A stretch of 64,000 bases of DNA from Porticoccaceae bacterium UBA4026 (GCA_002382445.1 DGAQ01000052.1:74253-138252); one strand, 5' to 3'. Shown: positions 1 to 12,052, numbered from the stretch's first letter. Numbers and translations: made by a program. The notes: generated by a model not told the origin, from the letters alone.

Positions 1-280
1 TGAGTTGCTCTAAGGTTGTTTTGCCTATTTCTGAAAGTTGATAAAATCGTTTTTTGCGATTATTTTCTTCTCGCCACATGCTAGTAAGCAATTCTTGCTT
101 CTCAAGCCGTCTCATTAATGGGTAGAGTGTTCCTTCATCAATATCTAACCCTTTCTGGAGCATGTTTTTTCGAAGAGAGTACCCATAGTGCTCAACTCGA
201 AGTTCTGCTAAAACGGCGAGAATAAGAACGCCACGGCGCAACTCCAGTTTCAGTTTTTGATAGTGTTCGCTTTCACTCAT
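1..280 (-). CDS. PadR-family transcriptional regulator (3' end runs off the window edge)
   Basis: Not in the ORF track. Own translation of the minus strand from the ATG at complement 278-280: MSESEHYQKLKLELRRGVLILAVLAELRVEHYGYSLRKNMLQKGLDIDEGTLYPLMRRLEKQELLTSMWREENNRKKRFYQLSEIGKTTLEQL. This matches the PadR winged-helix pattern (GTLYPxLxRLEkxxLL ... RKxYxLSexG). Confidence 0.75.
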   Translation of the reverse strand, partial: MSESEHYQKLKLELRRGVLILAVLAELRVEHYGYSLRKNMLQKGLDIDEGTLYPLMRRLEKQELLTSMWREENNRKKRFYQLSEIGKTTLEQL

Positions 281-680
281 AAATTTCCTCTTTGCTGGTT
301 GCCATACAGTATTTGATATACACTGTACGTCAAACAGTATATGTGATCAAATATAAATATGCATTTATGCCGATGAGCTCAGATATGGAGGAATTGCGAT
401 GCTGGTCGTGTGAACTCGACAGTAATAGGATGGACATTCTGCATGATCAAGACCATTGCTCACAACACCCCGCTTGGGCATATATTAACGACCTGGAATC
501 TTTGCCAGTCCGGACTTGCTCGGGAGACTGAGGTATCTTGGTAATTGGTAAATCGCGTTGCTAAAGGCGCTGAGGGAACCCCCTGGTGTTCTAATATTCA
601 GAGTTTGGCGAAATACTTAGGCATTCCAGTAGATTCGATTTATCCTGAGTCGTCGAATTTTTCGATGAAATGAATGATAA

Positions 681-2045
681 GTGAGGCTACTCAGTTTGAA
701 TGTCGGGGCTACCCCAAAACCATTACTGCCCATAAAAGTCGGATTCATAGAGTCTTGGCGACTGGTTAAGTTGAGTTATTCTGACCCGCTCAAGCACACT
801 CAGGAGTTAGAGCGAAAATATGGGAATGTGGTTCTACACAAAGTGGGTAAGATGAGCGTGGTCCACCTGTTTGGCGCTGAAGCAAATCGACTGAGTTTGT
901 TAAACCCAGGGCAAGTGCTATCTAATAAAAAAGCTTGGGACCAAATTATTGGGCGGGTTTTCCCAAATGGCTTAATGCTACGCGATGGCGATGACCACCG
1001 TTATCACCGCAGACTTATGCAGGCAGGTTTTAAAAATAAAGCGATGCAGGGTTATTTTGAACAAATGTCTCCACAGGTAGCTCAAAGTGTCGGGAGTTGG
1101 TTGTCACAAACTGAGCCTAAAGGAGTAAAAATTTATCCCATTATCAAGCAAATGACCCTGGATTTAGCCGCTACGATATTTCTTGGGATGAATCTCGGTG
1201 CAGAGGTCACAAAAATCAATCAGGCTTTTGAGGCTACGGTCGCGGCCTCCTTGTGGCGTATGCCCATAGCGTTACCAGGAACATTGCTATGGCGTGGTAT
1301 ACGAGCCCGAAAAACAATGTGCGATTTCTTTTTGCCGATGATTTCAGAAAAGCGAGCAGGCGATGGCCAAGACCTGTTTTCGTTATTGTGCCGAGCGACA
1401 GATGAAGACGGCCAAGGTTACACGGATCAAGACATTGTCGACCATATTAACTTTCTGATGATGGCGGCTCACGATACAACCACCAGCGCCTTGACAAGTA
1501 TGACCTATGCTTTGGCTAAGAATCCGGAGTGGCAAGAAAGATTATGGTCCGAGGTAGAGGGTTTGGGTGTTGATACGCCGTCATCCAATGACCTTAGCCA
1601 AATGGTTGAGACTGCCTGGGTGATGAAAGAGGCACTTAGACTTTATCCTCCGCTTTCGACATTACCAAAATTTAGTAACAAACCCTTTGAATTTCAAGGT
1701 TATATGGTCCCTGCGAACGCCTTGGTGGTGACTTATCCTATCCACACTCATCACTCTAAGGCTTACTGGGATAATCCCGAGCATTTTGACCCATTACGCT
1801 TTAGTGACGAGCGCAAGGAGCATAAGCGTAACGCATATAGCTGGATCCCTTTTAGTGGGGGTGCCCATATGTGCATTGGCCTTCATTTTGCCGAGATGCA
1901 AATTAAGCTCGTGATGTTTGAAATGTTAAAAAATTACCGATGGACTGTGCCCAAGGGGTATGAAATGCCTGTGCAGCAGTCACCAATCTCAAAGCCTACT
2001 GATGGATTGCCTATCACCCTTAGCCGACGACCACAAAAAGTATAG
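681..2045 (+). CDS. cytochrome P450 monooxygenase
   Basis: 454-aa ORF. Heme-thiolate loop FSGGAHMCIGLHFA (FxxGxxxCxG), I-helix AAHDTTTS, K-helix EALRLYPP (ExxR). The start is the GTG given by the track, and the exact start is uncertain. Confidence 0.9.
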   Translation: MRLLSLNVGATPKPLLPIKVGFIESWRLVKLSYSDPLKHTQELERKYGNVVLHKVGKMSVVHLFGAEANRLSLLNPGQVLSNKKAWDQIIGRVFPNGLMLRDGDDHRYHRRLMQAGFKNKAMQGYFEQMSPQVAQSVGSWLSQTEPKGVKIYPIIKQMTLDLAATIFLGMNLGAEVTKINQAFEATVAASLWRMPIALPGTLLWRGIRARKTMCDFFLPMISEKRAGDGQDLFSLLCRATDEDGQGYTDQDIVDHINFLMMAAHDTTTSALTSMTYALAKNPEWQERLWSEVEGLGVDTPSSNDLSQMVETAWVMKEALRLYPPLSTLPKFSNKPFEFQGYMVPANALVVTYPIHTHHSKAYWDNPEHFDPLRFSDERKEHKRNAYSWIPFSGGAHMCIGLHFAEMQIKLVMFEMLKNYRWTVPKGYEMPVQQSPISKPTDGLPITLSRRPQKV

Positions 2046-2202
2046 ATTTGAGCTGCTGGACTTTCAGTGAGCGCTGTAGTGATTTATTCTTGCCCTCAAA
2101 AATAGGGCAGTTTATATTGGTTGAATAACGGATGTTAAGTGTAGGTTAAGCTTAATAGCTACTTTTAGCATTCATCCACTATAAAGGCAGCGAGAACAGA
2201 CC

Positions 2203-2658
2203 ATGGACTTAAAAAAACATTATCAGCAGGCAGCTCGTGACGCCTGCCCCATCTATACCTTCTTGGATTTACAGGTTGAAAGTATCGAAGATGGAATATA
2301 CCGTGCGCGTACTCCCTTAAATAACAATACTAAGAATCACGTGAACATATTTCATGCTGGCCCAATGTGGATGACCGCTGAATATTTGGGTGGTTTAATC
2401 GCTGCACACAATCTCGATGACCCCAAGTATCAGCCAGTGATTGCTGGGCTCAATATTAAATTTTTGCGTCCGGCAATGACCGATATTACTGCTGAGACAG
2501 AATTCAGTCCGGCTGATGCGTCGGCCATGAAAGACGCGCTGGAAGCCACGGGTCGCTTCGCCTACAAGCTTCATGTTGTAATAAAAGACACTGCCGGCAA
2601 GGTAGTAGCCGAAGCGGATGGAGACTATCTTATTAAGGATTTTTCTAATTTGATGTAG
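2203..2658 (+). CDS. hotdog-fold thioesterase (PaaI/YiiD C-terminal, DUF4442-like)
   Basis: 151 aa. Its size and pattern (NHVNIFHAGPMWMTAEYLGG ... GLNIKFLRPA) resemble PaaI/DUF4442 hotdog proteins. Recognised by eye only. Confidence 0.65.
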   Translation: MDLKKHYQQAARDACPIYTFLDLQVESIEDGIYRARTPLNNNTKNHVNIFHAGPMWMTAEYLGGLIAAHNLDDPKYQPVIAGLNIKFLRPAMTDITAETEFSPADASAMKDALEATGRFAYKLHVVIKDTAGKVVAEADGDYLIKDFSNLM

Positions 2659-2934
2659 TAATTGGCATTATGATCGGCAGGAAAATTTAGAATAACAATG
2701 ACCCCCGAGGGTCTTAGTTTTAGCAGAGACTTAATTCATGAATAACAGCTCTATCTTGTGTGTGAGCGCTTTCTTTGTACTAACATCTGGCGGCGCTTAT
2801 ACAAAGCTAACGCCTAGAGAGTCCGCAGGATAAGTTGATAATTTATGTCGATTTTCGGCCGACCCTATTCCAGAACATGAAGAGATAATTTACCGTGATC
2901 CTGACCTGATAGGTTATTCAGATTGCGTGGTAGA

Positions 2935-3876
2935 TCATTTTTTTGAAAAATTTGCGTCGTTAACAAATGCGCTGAGGTAAAGCTGAGTGCTCGCCAAATC
3001 ATGGGACACAATTACCGAGAATCTGTCATTTTGATCTAAGGTATGTAACCATTTTCTCAGTTCAGAGGTGCGGTTTGTATTCTCGGGGACCAGTAGGTAG
3101 CTATAGATTGCACTCTTAGGAGTATCCTGATTTAAACTCGCTTTATCATTTGTTATATCTCCAGAGAAGAGAAAGACCTTATCGCCCAGCGCAACAGCCC
3201 ACAAAGTGGAACCTGGTGTGTGCCCTCCTAAGGCGAGTGCTGCTATGCCCGGGAACTGAGGGGATTTATATAAGCTTTCATTATCGCCAGACGAAAAAGC
3301 GGTGCGCGTCAAACATGAGCCAAATACTATCTCGGCGCCTTCAGTTGTATTGAAGTTCTGTAACTTCCGTTGACTCTCTGTTTGCAACAACAGGGCACCG
3401 GGCCCTCTGGCATCACAAAAGCTCTTGATACCTTGAGTGTGATCAATATGCAGATGAGTAAAACCAACGCCTGCAACGTATTTAGTGTCAGGCCCAAGCA
3501 ATTCAGAAATGGTTCCCCTGACTGTTGCTTGGCCCGCTGATGGGTCCATTTTCTTCAAAAGCGCGGCAAAATTTTCAGCTTCTTGACGACTCATTCCCGC
3601 ATCAATCAAAAAGCGTCTCCCATTCTCCCATTCAACCAATATCGAGATATGAGAAATTTGGCCACGGGCTAGCGGCTGGCTGGACGTGAGAATATAACTA
3701 AGCTTAGTGGGGCCGCTCAGAGCGTTTGACGGCTTAGTCAAGGCTAATAGCTCTTCTTCGCTGGGTAATGCGGGCGTCACGCCACGAATTTGAATATGCG
3801 CCGGTATCAAGACAATGCCGGCCCCTATAATTACCAAAATGACAAGGCTGCTGATAATTCTTAGAACCCACTTCAT
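2935..3876 (-). CDS. membrane-anchored MBL-fold metallo-hydrolase
   Basis: N-terminal hydrophobic anchor (ISSLVILVIIGAGIVLI) followed by the metallo-beta-lactamase motif FTHLHIDHTQG (HxHxDH) and a later GGHTPGS. Confidence 0.8.
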   Translation of the reverse strand: MKWVLRIISSLVILVIIGAGIVLIPAHIQIRGVTPALPSEEELLALTKPSNALSGPTKLSYILTSSQPLARGQISHISILVEWENGRRFLIDAGMSRQEAENFAALLKKMDPSAGQATVRGTISELLGPDTKYVAGVGFTHLHIDHTQGIKSFCDARGPGALLLQTESQRKLQNFNTTEGAEIVFGSCLTRTAFSSGDNESLYKSPQFPGIAALALGGHTPGSTLWAVALGDKVFLFSGDITNDKASLNQDTPKSAIYSYLLVPENTNRTSELRKWLHTLDQNDRFSVIVSHDLASTQLYLSAFVNDANFSKK

Positions 3877-4039
3877 AAAAGCACTATCTCCTGTAATTTT
3901 GGGCTATAGAAAAGTTGAATAGAAATTCTATTAATCGTCGCGATGCAGCGGCACTGCACTCAATAGCCAGGGTAACACGACAAGAGCCAACCTGTTGCTG
4001 AATACCCAAAGAGCATTAGTTGAAAGCGCTCCTTCAAGG

Positions 4040-4903
4040 CTACTCAATATTTTGAATCTGCTCGCGCATTTGTTCGATGAGAACTTTTAGTTCCACTGAT
4101 GCCTGAGTGGTGACACCAGCAATGGACTTGGAGCCAAGAGTGTTGGCTTCACGATTCAATTCTTGCATTAAAAAATCTAGCCTGCGGCCAATAGAGTCTG
4201 AGCTCTGCAGGACGCGGCGAATTTCTGCAATATGCACTTCTAACCTGTCTAATTCTTCATCTACGTCAGAACGATTGGCAATAATGACCATCTCTTGCTC
4301 TAAGCGACCTTCGTCGAGTTGAGTTTTCATATCCACCATTTTTTCTTCAAGTCGCTTGCGCTGATGAGCAAGAATATCCGGCAGATTATCTCTTACAATC
4401 TTAACTTGCGATTCAATGCCTACTAGCCGTTGTTCAATAATATCAGCTAGTTTGTTGCCCTCGCGCTGCCGTCCTTGAAGTAGTTGATCAACGGTGGCAC
4501 TAAATGTCTCGATAGCAGCCTTATGCAGACTTTCGGGTTCAATGTCCTGATCTTTCAAAATGCCCGGCCAGCGCATAATGTCCAGGGGTGATATGGGTGC
4601 AGGCTGATCAATTTGGTCAGCAATTTGTTCGGCAATGTCGATGTAGCGTTTAGCCAAGTTGAGATCGGCGTTAATGGCGGCATCACTATTGTTAAAAGCC
4701 ATTTGCACTGAGCAATCTACCTTTCCTCGCGTGAGTTTTTTACGCGCTATTTCTCGCAGAGGCATTTCAATTTCTCGCAGAGTTTCAGGTAGTCTAAAAC
4801 TTGTTTCTAGAAAACGATGATTGACTGAACGAAGTTCACAGGTCACGGAGCCCCAGGGAAAATCGATGGTATTTCTGGCAAATGCGGTCATGCTGCGGGG
4901 CAT
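4040..4903 (-). CDS. yicC: YicC-family stress-induced protein / endoribonuclease
   Basis: 287 aa. The N-terminus MTAFAR...SVNHRFLE and the C-terminal EANTLGSK motif are typical of YicC. It is divergent from rph, as in E. coli. Confidence 0.9.
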   Translation of the reverse strand: MPRSMTAFARNTIDFPWGSVTCELRSVNHRFLETSFRLPETLREIEMPLREIARKKLTRGKVDCSVQMAFNNSDAAINADLNLAKRYIDIAEQIADQIDQPAPISPLDIMRWPGILKDQDIEPESLHKAAIETFSATVDQLLQGRQREGNKLADIIEQRLVGIESQVKIVRDNLPDILAHQRKRLEEKMVDMKTQLDEGRLEQEMVIIANRSDVDEELDRLEVHIAEIRRVLQSSDSIGRRLDFLMQELNREANTLGSKSIAGVTTQASVELKVLIEQMREQIQNIE

Positions 4904-5020
4904 AGTATCTCCATTAGAGGGTATTAAGTGCGGTTATGGTAACAAAGGCGGCCACGCTGGTGTTAGATTTGCTACAATTCCGCCAGATTTTATTCACCAA
5001 CACTCTCTAGGAACTACATT

Positions 5021-5740
5021 ATGACCAGACCCAGTGGCCGAAGACCTGAACAACTGCGCCAAGTAAAGATTACTCGCGACTTTACCTGCCACGCCGAAGG
5101 CTCGGTATTGGTTGAATTTGGTAACACCAAGGTGATCTGTACCGCGAGTGTTGAGCAAGGGGTTCCGAGGTTTTTAAGAGGAAAAGGTGAAGGCTGGGTA
5201 ACCGCTGAATATGGTATGTTGCCACGCTCAACTAATAGCCGCATGGATCGTGAAGCGGCCCGAGGTAAGCAAAGCGGACGCACCCAGGAGATTCAACGCT
5301 TAATAGGTCGCTCCCTGCGTGCGGCGGTTGACCTAAAGGAATTGGGTGAACACACCATTAATATCGATTGCGATGTGATCCAGGCTGATGGCGGTACTCG
5401 AACTGCATCGATTACCGGGGCCTGTGTAGCTCTGGTTGATGCTATCCGTCATTTACAGCGCAGTAAGCGCATTACGGGTGACCCTTTAGTCTCGATGATA
5501 GCTTCTGTATCGGTAGGGATTTATAAAGGCGAAGCTGTGCTAGATTTGGACTATGCGGAGGACTCTAATGCTGAAACTGACATGAATGTGGTGATGAACA
5601 GTGAGGGTGGCTTCATTGAGGTGCAGGGCACTGCTGAAGCGGCACCTTTTAGTGGTGAAGAGTTAACTACGATGTTGGATTTAGCGAAAAAAGGAATAGC
5701 AGATTTGGTGCGAGTGCAACAGATGGCGCTGGCTCAGTAA
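5021..5740 (+). CDS. rph: ribonuclease PH
   Basis: 239 aa. RPSGR..QLR N-terminus, [24 protein letters not shown]. The rph-pyrE order is conserved. Confidence 0.95.
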   Translation: MTRPSGRRPEQLRQVKITRDFTCHAEGSVLVEFGNTKVICTASVEQGVPRFLRGKGEGWVTAEYGMLPRSTNSRMDREAARGKQSGRTQEIQRLIGRSLRAAVDLKELGEHTINIDCDVIQADGGTRTASITGACVALVDAIRHLQRSKRITGDPLVSMIASVSVGIYKGEAVLDLDYAEDSNAETDMNVVMNSEGGFIEVQGTAEAAPFSGEELTTMLDLAKKGIADLVRVQQMALAQ

Positions 5741-5753
5741 TCGGATTAGACTT

Positions 5754-6407
5754 ATGTCAGTGAATAATAACTATAAAACTCAATTTATCGACAACGCTCT
5801 CGACAGTGGCGCGCTTAAGTTTGGCGAATTCACTTTGAAATCTGGACGCCTGTCCCCTCACTTTTTTAATGCAGGTGCGTTTTGCTCGGGGAAGGCGCTT
5901 TCAGCCTTGGGGCGTTGCTATGCGGCGGCGATTGTTGAGTCTGGGGTGCAATTTGATGTTTTGTTTGGCCCAGCCTACAAAGGTATTACCCTTGCTGCCG
6001 CCACCTCAGTGGCATTGGCAGACCATTATGGCATCGACGTCCCCTACTGTTTTAATCGCAAAGAGGCTAAGTCTCATGGCGAAGGTGGAACTTTGGTGGG
6101 GGCGCCTCTTGAAGGGAAGGTCCTTATTATTGATGACGTGATCACTGCCGGAACCGCCATTCGTGAGGTAATGGCCATGATTGAAGTTGCTGGCGCTGAT
6201 GCGGCCGGCGTAGTGATCGGCTTAGATCGTAAGGAGCGCGGGAAAACAGAACAGTCGGCTATTCAAGAGGTAGAACAACAGTTTTCAATTCCAGTGATTA
6301 GTATTATCGACATGAATGACATTTTGGCTTATTTAAATGAGCAAGAAGGAATGGTAGAACTTATCGCGGCTATTAAGACCTATCGTTCAACCTATGGGGT
6401 AACCTAG
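5754..6407 (+). CDS. pyrE: orotate phosphoribosyltransferase
   Basis: 217 aa. PRPP-binding loop [16 protein letters not shown] and FGPAYKGI. It starts 13 nt after the rph stop. Confidence 0.95.
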   Translation: MSVNNNYKTQFIDNALDSGALKFGEFTLKSGRLSPHFFNAGAFCSGKALSALGRCYAAAIVESGVQFDVLFGPAYKGITLAAATSVALADHYGIDVPYCFNRKEAKSHGEGGTLVGAPLEGKVLIIDDVITAGTAIREVMAMIEVAGADAAGVVIGLDRKERGKTEQSAIQEVEQQFSIPVISIIDMNDILAYLNEQEGMVELIAAIKTYRSTYGVT

Positions 6408-6438
6408 AAAGTTACGCCATAGTCATCAACCTGGCTTC

Positions 6439-7025
6439 CTAAACTTTAAAAATTCCTCCTGTCAGTAATTGCCATTGTTCTGCCCAATGTTGGTTGGGCG
6501 ATGTTGCAAAATCACTTCTAACATACTGACTAATTTTGCCCTCAACACTGACCAGCATTAGGTTTGCTGCCACAGCAACGGGGACATTTAGTTTTAAGCC
6601 ATCACGCACCTCCGCTTCACGCAGAGCCTGTTTTAACTGAGACTCAAGTCGGTCAAAAAACTGGGCTACGCGGCTGTGTAACTTTTCATTTTCAATCGCC
6701 AGGGCGTCTCCGTTGAGGATGCGAGTGATTCCAGGATTTTTCTGGCAGAATGCGATGACTAGGCTAAGAATACGATAGCACTGATTAATGGCATCTGGCT
6801 CTTCACTGACGATAGATCTCACACGACCAAAGATGGTTTCTTCAATAAAGTCGATCAAACTTTCATACATTCGCGTTTTGCTAGGGAAGTGCCGATATAG
6901 CGCAGCTTCAGAAATACCTAGTTCAGCGGCGAGAGCAGCGGTTGTGATACGACCCTTAGACGTTTGAAGCATCCGCGCTAATGCCTGTAATATTTCTTGG
7001 GCTCGAGTGCCTTTTTTACCTGCCA

Positions 7026-7026
<1 letters not shown>
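6439..7026 (-). CDS. slmA: nucleoid occlusion factor SlmA (TetR family)
   Basis: 195 aa. EILQALARML...[37 protein letters not shown] aligns closely with E. coli SlmA ([37 protein letters not shown]). It lies next to pyrE, as in enterics. Confidence 0.85.
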
Positions 7027-9394
<2,368 letters not shown>

Positions 9395-9420
9395 ATTTAA
9401 TAATCTAATGTTAGGGTCGA

Positions 9421-10623
9421 TTAATCCTGTACGCTATAGACGGCAGCCATATGTGCTATGAGATCTCGGGCTAACTGAGTTTTACTTCTTTTGTCAAACA
9501 AAGTCGACGATTCAGCGTCGATCCAGTGCACTTCGTTTTCGTCGCTATTAAACCCAATGTCAGAGCGAGAAATATCATTAGCAATGATCGCATTTAGATT
9601 CTTACTTTGTAGTTTATCTTTCGCGTACTGTTCGACATCAGAACTTTCCGCGGCAAAACCAACCACATAACAGTCAGGGTAAGCACTGGATACAGCGCTT
9701 ACGATATCAGGATTTTTAGTCAGCGTAATAGACATAGTAGTACCCTGGTGTTTAATTTTTTGCTCTGCGATTGTGGTTGCTCGATAATCAGCCACAGCGG
9801 CCGCAGCAATAAAAAAATCGGCGCCCGCGCCGGCTGAAATTGCGGCTTCTAACATCTGCTCAGCAGACATCACTGAAATTAATTGGCATCTTTCCGGGGC
9901 GGGCATAGCCACTGGCCCAGACACCAGAGTGACCTTGGCGCCGGCATCTGCAGCCGCAGCGGCCAAAGCATAGCCCATCTTTCCTGAGCTATGATTGCTG
10001 ATATAGCGAACTGGATCGAGAGCCTCTCGAGTAGGACCAGCGGTAATAACGACCCGCTTCCCCTCTAGTAGACGATTACTAAAAAAGCGAGTCGCCTGTT
10101 CTACAATACTGTCTGGTGGTTCCATTCGACCAGGGCCAACATCGCCACATGCCTGAGATCCTGCGTCAGGACCAATCGTCACTACCCCTCGTTGCTGTAA
10201 GACGGCTATATTGGCTATAGTAGCGGGATGAGCCCACATGGCTTGATTCATTGCTGGTGCTACCGCAGTGATGGCGGACGTCGCTAAATAAATAGCTCCC
10301 AGTAAGCTATCGGCTCTACCGTGAACCATGTTGGCAACGAAGTCAGCCGTTGCTGGTGCGATTAATAGCAGGTCAGCCCAACGGGCCAACTCGATATGAC
10401 CCATGCCAGCCTCGGCTGTTTCGTCGAGTAATCCGGTATGTACGGGGTGTCCTGAGAGTGCCTGCATCGTTAGAGGACGAACAAATTCCTCAGCCCCTGG
10501 GGTCATCACCACGCGAATCTCCGCACCATGATCTTGAAGTCGTCTAATAATTTCGGCGCTTTTATAGGCAGCGATGCCGCCAGTAATACCAACAATTATT
10601 CGTTTGTTTGACAGACCGCTCAT
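9421..10623 (-). CDS. coaBC: bifunctional phosphopantothenoylcysteine decarboxylase / phosphopantothenate-cysteine ligase
   Basis: Flavoprotein N-domain GITGGIAAYK followed by the CoaB domain (SSGKMG). The track ORF extends to 10734 and overlaps radC, so I trimmed it to the ATG at complement 10621-10623 (MSGLSNKRIIVGITGG). Confidence 0.9.
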   Translation of the reverse strand: MSGLSNKRIIVGITGGIAAYKSAEIIRRLQDHGAEIRVVMTPGAEEFVRPLTMQALSGHPVHTGLLDETAEAGMGHIELARWADLLLIAPATADFVANMVHGRADSLLGAIYLATSAITAVAPAMNQAMWAHPATIANIAVLQQRGVVTIGPDAGSQACGDVGPGRMEPPDSIVEQATRFFSNRLLEGKRVVITAGPTREALDPVRYISNHSSGKMGYALAAAAADAGAKVTLVSGPVAMPAPERCQLISVMSAEQMLEAAISAGAGADFFIAAAAVADYRATTIAEQKIKHQGTTMSITLTKNPDIVSAVSSAYPDCYVVGFAAESSDVEQYAKDKLQSKNLNAIIANDISRSDIGFNSDENEVHWIDAESSTLFDKRSKTQLARDLIAHMAAVYSVQD

Positions 10624-10704
10624 TAATTGTCCAGACAGTATGATATTTGGTATGTAAGATAACATTTTGAAAGGGAATTCTACAGTGATAAATAAGGACT
10701 TACT

Positions 10705-11379
10705 ATGGCTATACCTCAATGGCCACGTCATCAAAGGCCGCGGGAAAAGCTTTTAATACAGGGGGCAAAGGCTCTTTCTAATGCAGAATTACTAGCGATA
10801 TTCTTGCGTACGGGTGTGCAGGGAATGAGCGCTATAGACCTAGCGGAGGCTTTGCTGGACCGCTTCGGGGGTCTTGGGCCCCTGCTTAAGGCAGATCAAG
10901 ATAGTTTCTGCGCCGCCAAAGGTTTGGGCCCTGCAAAATATTGCCAATTGCAGGCTACACTCGAATTAACCAAGCGCTATCTTGAAGAACAGCTAAAACA
11001 GAGTCCTATTTTCACTAAACCTAAACAGGTGGAGGACTATTTGGCGGTGCAGATGAAAGACTATCAGAGAGAGGTCTTCAGTGTCCTATTACTTGATACT
11101 CGTCACCAGTTGCTCGGTTACCATGAGATTTTCCACGGGACTATAGATACGACTTCAGTGCATCCTCGTGAAGTGGTGAGGTTGGCATTGCAGAAGAACG
11201 CGGCCGCTATAATAGTGGCCCATAATCACCCGTCTGGCGTCGCGGATCCCAGCCAATCGGACATTGCAATCACACAACGGTTAAAGGCCGCGCTTGAATT
11301 AGTTGATATTCGATTGCTGGATCACTTTATTATTGGCCAAGGAGAGATAACTTCTTTGGCTGATCTAGGGAAACTTTAA
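10705..11379 (+). CDS. radC: RadC-family JAB-domain protein
   Basis: 224 aa. HhH-like N-terminus (LSNAELLAIFLRTG) and JAMM motif VAHNHPSGVADPS. Divergent from coaBC, as in many gammaproteobacteria. Confidence 0.9.
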   Translation: MAIPQWPRHQRPREKLLIQGAKALSNAELLAIFLRTGVQGMSAIDLAEALLDRFGGLGPLLKADQDSFCAAKGLGPAKYCQLQATLELTKRYLEEQLKQSPIFTKPKQVEDYLAVQMKDYQREVFSVLLLDTRHQLLGYHEIFHGTIDTTSVHPREVVRLALQKNAAAIIVAHNHPSGVADPSQSDIAITQRLKAALELVDIRLLDHFIIGQGEITSLADLGKL

Positions 11380-11432
11380 TTTTAAGTTAATAATAAATAT
11401 ACGGCTAAATCCACTGATTACACTGTTTTCGT

Positions 11433-11461
11433 TTGATTAGGAGTTGTCTTTCTGGTATAAA
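11433..11461 (+). promoter_or_regulatory. candidate sigma70 promoter for rpmB-rpmG
   Basis: TTGATT (11433-11438), 17-nt spacer, TATAAA (11456-11461), about 105 nt upstream of the rpmB ATG. Pattern match only. Confidence 0.35.
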
Positions 11462-11567
11462 ACGCGCCTCTTTAAGAGACCGCCCAAAAACTAGGTGGCA
11501 ATTTTTAGGAATACTTTTGTCAAAAGGAGTTTTCCTTAGACAATAATCGGAATCAGAGGCAGGATAA

Positions 11568-11804
11568 ATGTCCAGAGTATGTCAGGTCACAGGCAAGCGC
11601 CCAATGGCTGGAAATAATGTATCTCACGCGAAAAATAGAACACGTCGTCGTTTTGAGCCCAACCTTCAGACTCACCGTTTTTGGGTTGAGGAAGAGAAGC
11701 GCTTTATAAAGCTGCGCATCTCTACTAAGGGGATGCGCATCATCGATAAAAATGGCATTGAAACCGTTTTGTCCGGGCTTCGTGCTCGTGGCGAAAAAGT
11801 CTAA
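11568..11804 (+). CDS. rpmB: 50S ribosomal protein L28
   Basis: 78 aa. [29 protein letters not shown] is the canonical L28 N-terminus. Confidence 0.97.
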   Translation: MSRVCQVTGKRPMAGNNVSHAKNRTRRRFEPNLQTHRFWVEEEKRFIKLRISTKGMRIIDKNGIETVLSGLRARGEKV

Positions 11805-11815
11805 GGAGTTTACTG

Positions 11816-11983
11816 ATGGCTAAATCAGCTCGAGAAAAAATACGGTTAGTATCAAGTGCGGGTACTGGACACTTTTACACTACTGATAAGAACAAGCGGA
11901 ACATGCCCGAGAAGATGGAGATCAAAAAGTATGACCCCACTATTCGAAAGCACGTGATCTACAAAGAAGCTAAAATTAAGTAA
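11816..11983 (+). CDS. rpmG: 50S ribosomal protein L33
   Basis: Below the ORF-track cutoff. Own translation: [55 protein letters not shown] (55 aa), with a GGAG-type SD 6-10 nt upstream. It starts 11 nt after the rpmB stop. Confidence 0.95.
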   Translation: MAKSAREKIRLVSSAGTGHFYTTDKNKRNMPEKMEIKKYDPTIRKHVIYKEAKIK

Positions 11984-12021
11984 TAGTCTGGGTGTAGTAG
12001 CAGCTATTTTTAGCGTAATAG

Positions 12022-12052
12022 AAAAATCCTGCCTAGTGGTAGGATTTTTTTT
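12022..12052 (+). terminator. rho-independent terminator of rpmB-rpmG
   Basis: AATCCTGCC-TAGT-GGTAGGATT stem (9 bp including one G-U) followed by a T-run (TTTTTTTT). Confidence 0.7.

Noticed and set aside
292-531. 79-aa track ORF (TTG start) between padR and the P450 gene, with a Cys/His-containing tail (CWSC...HDQDHC).
   Set aside because: It has no Shine-Dalgarno sequence and a non-ATG start. It begins inside the dyad-rich padR promoter region, and I recognise no family. It is most likely non-coding control region. A small Cys/His-containing peptide from the internal ATG cannot be fully excluded.
2738-2833. 31-aa ORF (MNNSSILCVSAFFVLTSGGAYTKLTPRESAG) in the thioesterase-MBL gap. The neighbouring GACCC-CCGA-GGGTC hairpin at 2700-2713 was considered as a thioesterase terminator.
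   Set aside because: The ORF has no SD, no proper lipobox and no conservation evidence. The hairpin stem is only 5 bp, and a weak T tract follows it.
5741-5753. Looked for the rph-pyrE attenuator known from E. coli.
   Set aside because: The intercistronic spacer is only 13 nt, so there is no room for an attenuator hairpin.
5014-6141. Antisense and alternative-frame track ORFs inside rph and pyrE (5014-5283 minus, 5869-6141 plus). There are similar ones inside argB, algC, coaBC, ptsP, lgt, parE/parC, ctpA, uup, the RND gene, pfp and mpl.
   Set aside because: All lie wholly within strongly supported genes on the other strand or frame. They have low-complexity or Arg/Ser/Pro-rich composition and no family resemblance, which is typical of shadow ORFs.
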